Shown here: positions 62,921-64,000 of the stretch, in pieces
How positions within the stretch are numbered: position 1 is the first letter of the stretch
Layout: each line of letters starts with the position of its first letter
Source: Streptosporangiaceae bacterium
Lineage (GTDB): Bacteria; Actinomycetota; Actinomycetes; Streptosporangiales; Streptosporangiaceae
DNA length: 64,000 bases
Assembly: GCA_030039155.1 (NCBI GenBank)
Contig: JASHQL010000156.1
Coordinates: 162 to 64,161, forward strand
Direction: 5' to 3'
Notes under the pieces: generated by a model
The model's input: the letters and a program-made list of their open reading frames with translations, nothing else
What the model was told of the DNA's origin: nothing
The model's database searches: none
Position numbers and translations under genes: made by a program

Positions 62921-63724
62921 ATGCCTGGCGTTTCCGTCGACGGCCGTGCTACGGACGCGCGGTCAGAGTATGAGCGCAACGGCTACGTGATCGTCCGCGA
63001 CGTACTCGATGCCGACCTGATCGGCGAAGCCAGGAACCACGTGGAGTGGCTGCTCGACCAGCACCCAGATACCCGGCCAGAGCTACTCGATACCGAGCTG
63101 GTGAAGGACGACCCGTTCTGGGTGCGGCTGGTCAGCGATGACCGGCTGCTCGACATCGCGGAGCAGTTCATCGGCCCCGACATCGCGCTGTTCGCCTCGC
63201 ATTACGTCGCCAAGCCGCCGTACGACGGGCAGCCGGTGCTGTGGCATCAGGACGGGAGCTACTGGCCGCTTGAGCCGATGGAGGTCGTCTCGCTGTGGCT
63301 CGCCGTGGACGAGTCCACGCCGGAAAACGGCTGCCTGCGGGTGGTGCCAGGGAGCCAGAACACTGATCTTCAGCAGGTGAAGGAGCGGACCGACGTCGCC
63401 AACGTGCTGGGCTCGGCGATGGACGACCAGTTCGTGGATGAGCAGCAGGCCGTCGACCTGGTGCTGCGTGCAGGCGATGTGTCGATACATCACCCGCACG
63501 CGATCCACGGCTCCAATGCGAACACGTCGCCGAACTGGCGCCGTGGCCTGACCATCCGCTACATCCCCACCTCCACGCGCATCATCAAGCGCGGCGATGT
63601 GGAGCGGCTCACCCCGATGCTCATGCGCGGCCGTGCGGTACCTGGCGTGAACGAGTACGCCTCGTGGCCGAAGTACAAGCCCGGACAGCACTTGTACTTC
63701 CGCGGCAGCGAGTCCTGGGCCTGA
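62921..63724 (+). CDS. phytanoyl-CoA dioxygenase (PhyH) family Fe(II)/2-oxoglutarate oxygenase
   Basis: YERNGYVIVRDVL, WHQDGSYW (HxD facial triad) and a distal HGS motif. Confidence 0.8.
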   Translation: MPGVSVDGRATDARSEYERNGYVIVRDVLDADLIGEARNHVEWLLDQHPDTRPELLDTELVKDDPFWVRLVSDDRLLDIAEQFIGPDIALFASHYVAKPPYDGQPVLWHQDGSYWPLEPMEVVSLWLAVDESTPENGCLRVVPGSQNTDLQQVKERTDVANVLGSAMDDQFVDEQQAVDLVLRAGDVSIHHPHAIHGSNANTSPNWRRGLTIRYIPTSTRIIKRGDVERLTPMLMRGRAVPGVNEYASWPKYKPGQHLYFRGSESWA

Positions 63725-63780
63725 CGGTTGAGCCTTTGCCGTGAATTGTGACATTACAGAGCAGAAGGGACCGCATTTAT

Positions 63781-64000
63781 ATGCGCATGATCTTCCGCGA
63801 ACGGCCGAGCCGCCGCAGTGCCGCAGCACTGCTGGCGCTGGCGCTGACCGCGGGCATGGCAACCGCCTGCTCGGCCGGATCTGCCACCGGATCGAGTAAC
63901 AGCGCCCGGTCTCAAGAAGTCATCTTCCAGACCTGCTGCGGATTCAACGAGGACCCCACGAACTTCAACCCGTTCCTGCCCGACAGCCTGAACGACTCGG
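63781..64000 (+). CDS. lipoprotein, probably an ABC-transporter solute-binding protein (5' partial, runs off the window)
   Basis: RBS gaaggga, then ATG at 63781. Signal peptide with lipobox LALALTAGMATAC. The open frame continues to the window end. Confidence 0.55.
   Translation, partial: MRMIFRERPSRRSAAALLALALTAGMATACSAGSATGSSNSARSQEVIFQTCCGFNEDPTNFNPFLPDSLNDS

Overview
This is a high-GC, actinomycete-like chromosomal window with about 70 protein-coding genes. I recognised no rRNA, tRNA, CRISPR array, transposase or integrase. The flanks (1-27.9 kb and 46.8-64 kb) look like an ordinary accessory chromosome arm. They carry XRE/DUF397/ATPase regulator sets, MarR, LysR, AraC and MmyB-like regulators, aldo-keto reductases, MDR and SDR dehydrogenases, a MoxR/VWA pair, CoA-transferase and enoyl-CoA hydratase genes, a ferritin-like R2-type protein with an SCP2 partner, a type-2 AspRS, and a ROK/mannose-6-P-isomerase sugar locus. 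The centre (about 27.8-46.7 kb) stands out. It is visibly lower in GC and holds 13 genes, all on the minus strand, many with tiny gaps or overlapping stop/start codons. In transcription order they are: a 76-aa candidate precursor peptide with a helical LigA/NHLP-like leader and a Cys- and Trp-free C-terminus; a small radical SAM enzyme with C-terminal Cys motifs; a class-B (B12-binding) radical SAM enzyme; a second B12-type radical SAM enzyme; an MFS exporter; an atypical LuxR regulator; a heme-oxygenase-like iron enzyme; a zinc-ribbon/adenylate-cyclase/STAND-ATPase/TPR protein; a leaderless S8 subtilase; a GAF protein; an M1 aminopeptidase N; a flavin-dependent halogenase; and a paralog of the second B12-type radical SAM enzyme. 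I read this as a RiPP-like biosynthetic cluster with an enzyme combination I cannot assign to any described RiPP class. It has an embedded cyclase/protease/GAF signalling triad. All functional calls come from reading motifs in the supplied translations. None has been checked against a database.
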